This document shows, in pieces, positions 35,137 through 36,807 of a stretch of 36,807 nt of DNA. Origin of the DNA: a virus (Duplodnaviria > Caudoviricetes); the IMG/VR virus record IMGVR_UViG_3300030104_003825, positions 1 through 36,807 of that record; one strand, 5' to 3'. The translations under genes were made by a program, and so were the position numbers. The notes under the pieces are model-generated. The model did not search any database and was not told the DNA's origin. It worked only from the letters and a program-made list of their open reading frames with translations. Every line of letters begins with the position of its first letter. The stretch's first letter is position 1.

Positions 35137-36807
35137 TTAACTTGAAGCTAAACTTTTAGCTGTGGCTGCTGTTGTTTCTCCAGTAAATTCTTCTGTTGCA
35201 TTTGTTTGGCCAGGAGGACCTAAATAACCTCCAGCATAAAAAGCAGATGTAGTAGTTCCAGCAAAAGAACCTCCTCCACCATTTCTACCTGTTGCTAAAC
35301 TAGGTCTTGTTGACCAAGCTGTTCCATCATAAGCTTCAGTATGGCCTGAATAAGTTACAGGAGCCGAATTACCACCAAATAATAAAGTTGCTGTTTGAGT
35401 ACCTGAAACACCCACTTGATTTCTAGCAATGTTTAAAGTACCGCCAGTTGTCCAATTAGTTCCATCAAATTCTTCTGTTAGATCTGTTCTACCAGAAGGA
35501 GGCGAATATCGATATCCTCCTGAAACCAAACCAGCTGTTGCTGTTCCAGTTCCTCCTCCTACATATCTTGCAACTCCCATTGAATTAGGATTAACAGTCC
35601 AAGCTGAACCATCATATTCTTCTGTTTGTCCTGTTACGCTTCCTGGAGGAAGAGCATTATTATAACCACCAGCTTTTACACCTGCTGTCTGACTTCCAAA
35701 ACCCATACCTCCATACATTTCTTGGTTTAAATCTCCACCATTTGTCCAAGTTGAACCATCATATTCTTCTGTAGTTACTACACCTGTTGTTGCTGGAGGC
35801 CCAGGATAACCACCTGATCCTAATCCAGCTGTCTGTGTTCCACAAACAGCTAACCAACCTCTCGCATTATTCATGTTACTACCTTCTGTCCAAGAAGTTC
35901 CATCGTATTCTTCACTGTCAGCTATTCCTGCATTTGGAGCAGAATGTCCACCTGCAATTAAACCTGCTGTTACAGTTCCATAACCACCACCTATAGCTTT
36001 TCTTGGAGTGTTCATATTTCCGCCACTAGCCCATGCTGCGCTTGTTATTGTATTAATTGATTTATTAAATTCTTGAGTATTATTACTTGCTGGAGTTCCC
36101 TGACCACCTGCACAAAATAAAGCAGCCGTTGTGGCTCCACTTGATCCAGCATTATCCATTCTTGGTGTAAGTATAGTTGCAATATCTGTGTAAGTAGTTC
36201 CGTCGTAATCATACGCCTCGGTATAAAGTGTTCCTGGAGGTCCAGAATTTCCACCCACTATAAGAGCTGCAGTTGAAGATGAACCAGCACCATTTGCACC
36301 TCTATTCGCTGCAGGGTAATTTGTTCCTGCTGTCCAATTAGTTCCATCAAATTCTGCTGTAAAATTTAAAACTGTGGGATTATTCGTGCCTCCCATAACC
36401 ATTAAACTTGTTAATACACCAGTTGATCCTGCATTTCTAGTTGCAGTAGGTGCAGCATTTAAACTTGTCCAAGAAGATCCATCCCATGATTCTGTATTAG
36501 TACTAACACCTGGAGGCCCAAAATCTCCTGTAGCTGCAATAGCGGCTGTCTCACTTGATCCTCCTCCTCCTACGCTTCCTCTTGCTGTGCCAAAAGCAGT
36601 TTCAGTAGTGAAAGAAGTACCATTGTAAGATTCAGCAAAATTATAAGTTGGTGCAGGTAATCCACTACCAGGTGAACCTGAAGTAATAATACAAGACGTT
36701 TGAGTCCCTCCACAAGAACCTATACTATATCTTCCGCTACCCATAGTACCACCTACAGTCCATCCTACTCCATTAAATTCATTAGATGATTTTCCAGTAG
36801 GTGCAGG
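35137..36807 (-). CDS. Kelch-like beta-propeller tail fibre / receptor-binding protein (5' end outside the window)
   Basis: Frame stays open past 36744 to the window edge (PAPTGKSSNEFNGVGWTVGGT). Twelve repeats of about 48 aa containing EE(Y/F)DG..WT-like motifs; Gly/Thr/Ser-rich. Confidence 0.8.
   Translation of the reverse strand, partial: PAPTGKSSNEFNGVGWTVGGTMGSGRYSIGSCGGTQTSCIITSGSPGSGLPAPTYNFAESYNGTSFTTETAFGTARGSVGGGGSSETAAIAATGDFGPPGVSTNTESWDGSSWTSLNAAPTATRNAGSTGVLTSLMVMGGTNNPTVLNFTAEFDGTNWTAGTNYPAANRGANGAGSSSTAALIVGGNSGPPGTLYTEAYDYDGTTYTDIATILTPRMDNAGSSGATTAALFCAGGQGTPASNNTQEFNKSINTITSAAWASGGNMNTPRKAIGGGYGTVTAGLIAGGHSAPNAGIADSEEYDGTSWTEGSNMNNARGWLAVCGTQTAGLGSGGYPGPPATTGVVTTEEYDGSTWTNGGDLNQEMYGGMGFGSQTAGVKAGGYNNALPPGSVTGQTEEYDGSAWTVNPNSMGVARYVGGGTGTATAGLVSGGYRYSPPSGRTDLTEEFDGTNWTTGGTLNIARNQVGVSGTQTATLLFGGNSAPVTYSGHTEAYDGTAWSTRPSLATGRNGGGGSFAGTTTSAFYAGGYLGPPGQTNATEEFTGETTAATAKSLASS

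Noticed and set aside
9328-36628. Many 60-127 aa ORFs antisense or out of frame within long genes
   Set aside because: These are shadow frames of real genes with no SD or recognisable motifs.
35137-36807. Diversity-generating retroelement targeting the fibre
   Set aside because: No reverse transcriptase in the window and no TR/VR pair differing only at adenines was noticed. The repeats are at the protein level.

Overview
This window is about 37 kb of an AT-rich tailed dsDNA phage genome, with almost all genes on the minus strand. Gene content and order resemble marine podoviruses infecting SAR11 (HTVC023P-like pelagiphages); this is inferred from gene content, not from a search. Left to right it holds: (1) a large terminase truncated at position 1, which the ORF track missed; (2) a GC-richer, mostly non-coding region (about 1410-3740) with a degenerate array of about 110-bp period (core ACGGGAACGGG), split by an inserted 217-aa gene and running into a VRR-NUC-like nuclease gene; (3) a small terminase and an intergenic region with iteron-like repeats and a near-perfect bacterial parS site; (4) small early genes and a SAM methyltransferase; (5) a replication module (family A polymerase with Leu762, DUF3310-like protein, PAPS-reductase-like protein, UvrD-like helicase, AEP primase, SSB-like protein, SNF2 helicase, PD-(D/E)xK exonuclease); (6) internal virion and tail genes; (7) two glycosyltransferases, four 2OG-Fe(II) oxygenases and a sulfotransferase next to a Pro-rich beta-propeller tail fibre truncated at the right edge. 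The best candidates for new biology are the phased hairpin/motif array with its adjacent nuclease, the phage-borne parS beside a putative origin, and a possible virion-decoration pathway. No tRNA, rRNA, integrase or canonical CRISPR-Cas was seen. All family calls come from recognising motifs by eye.
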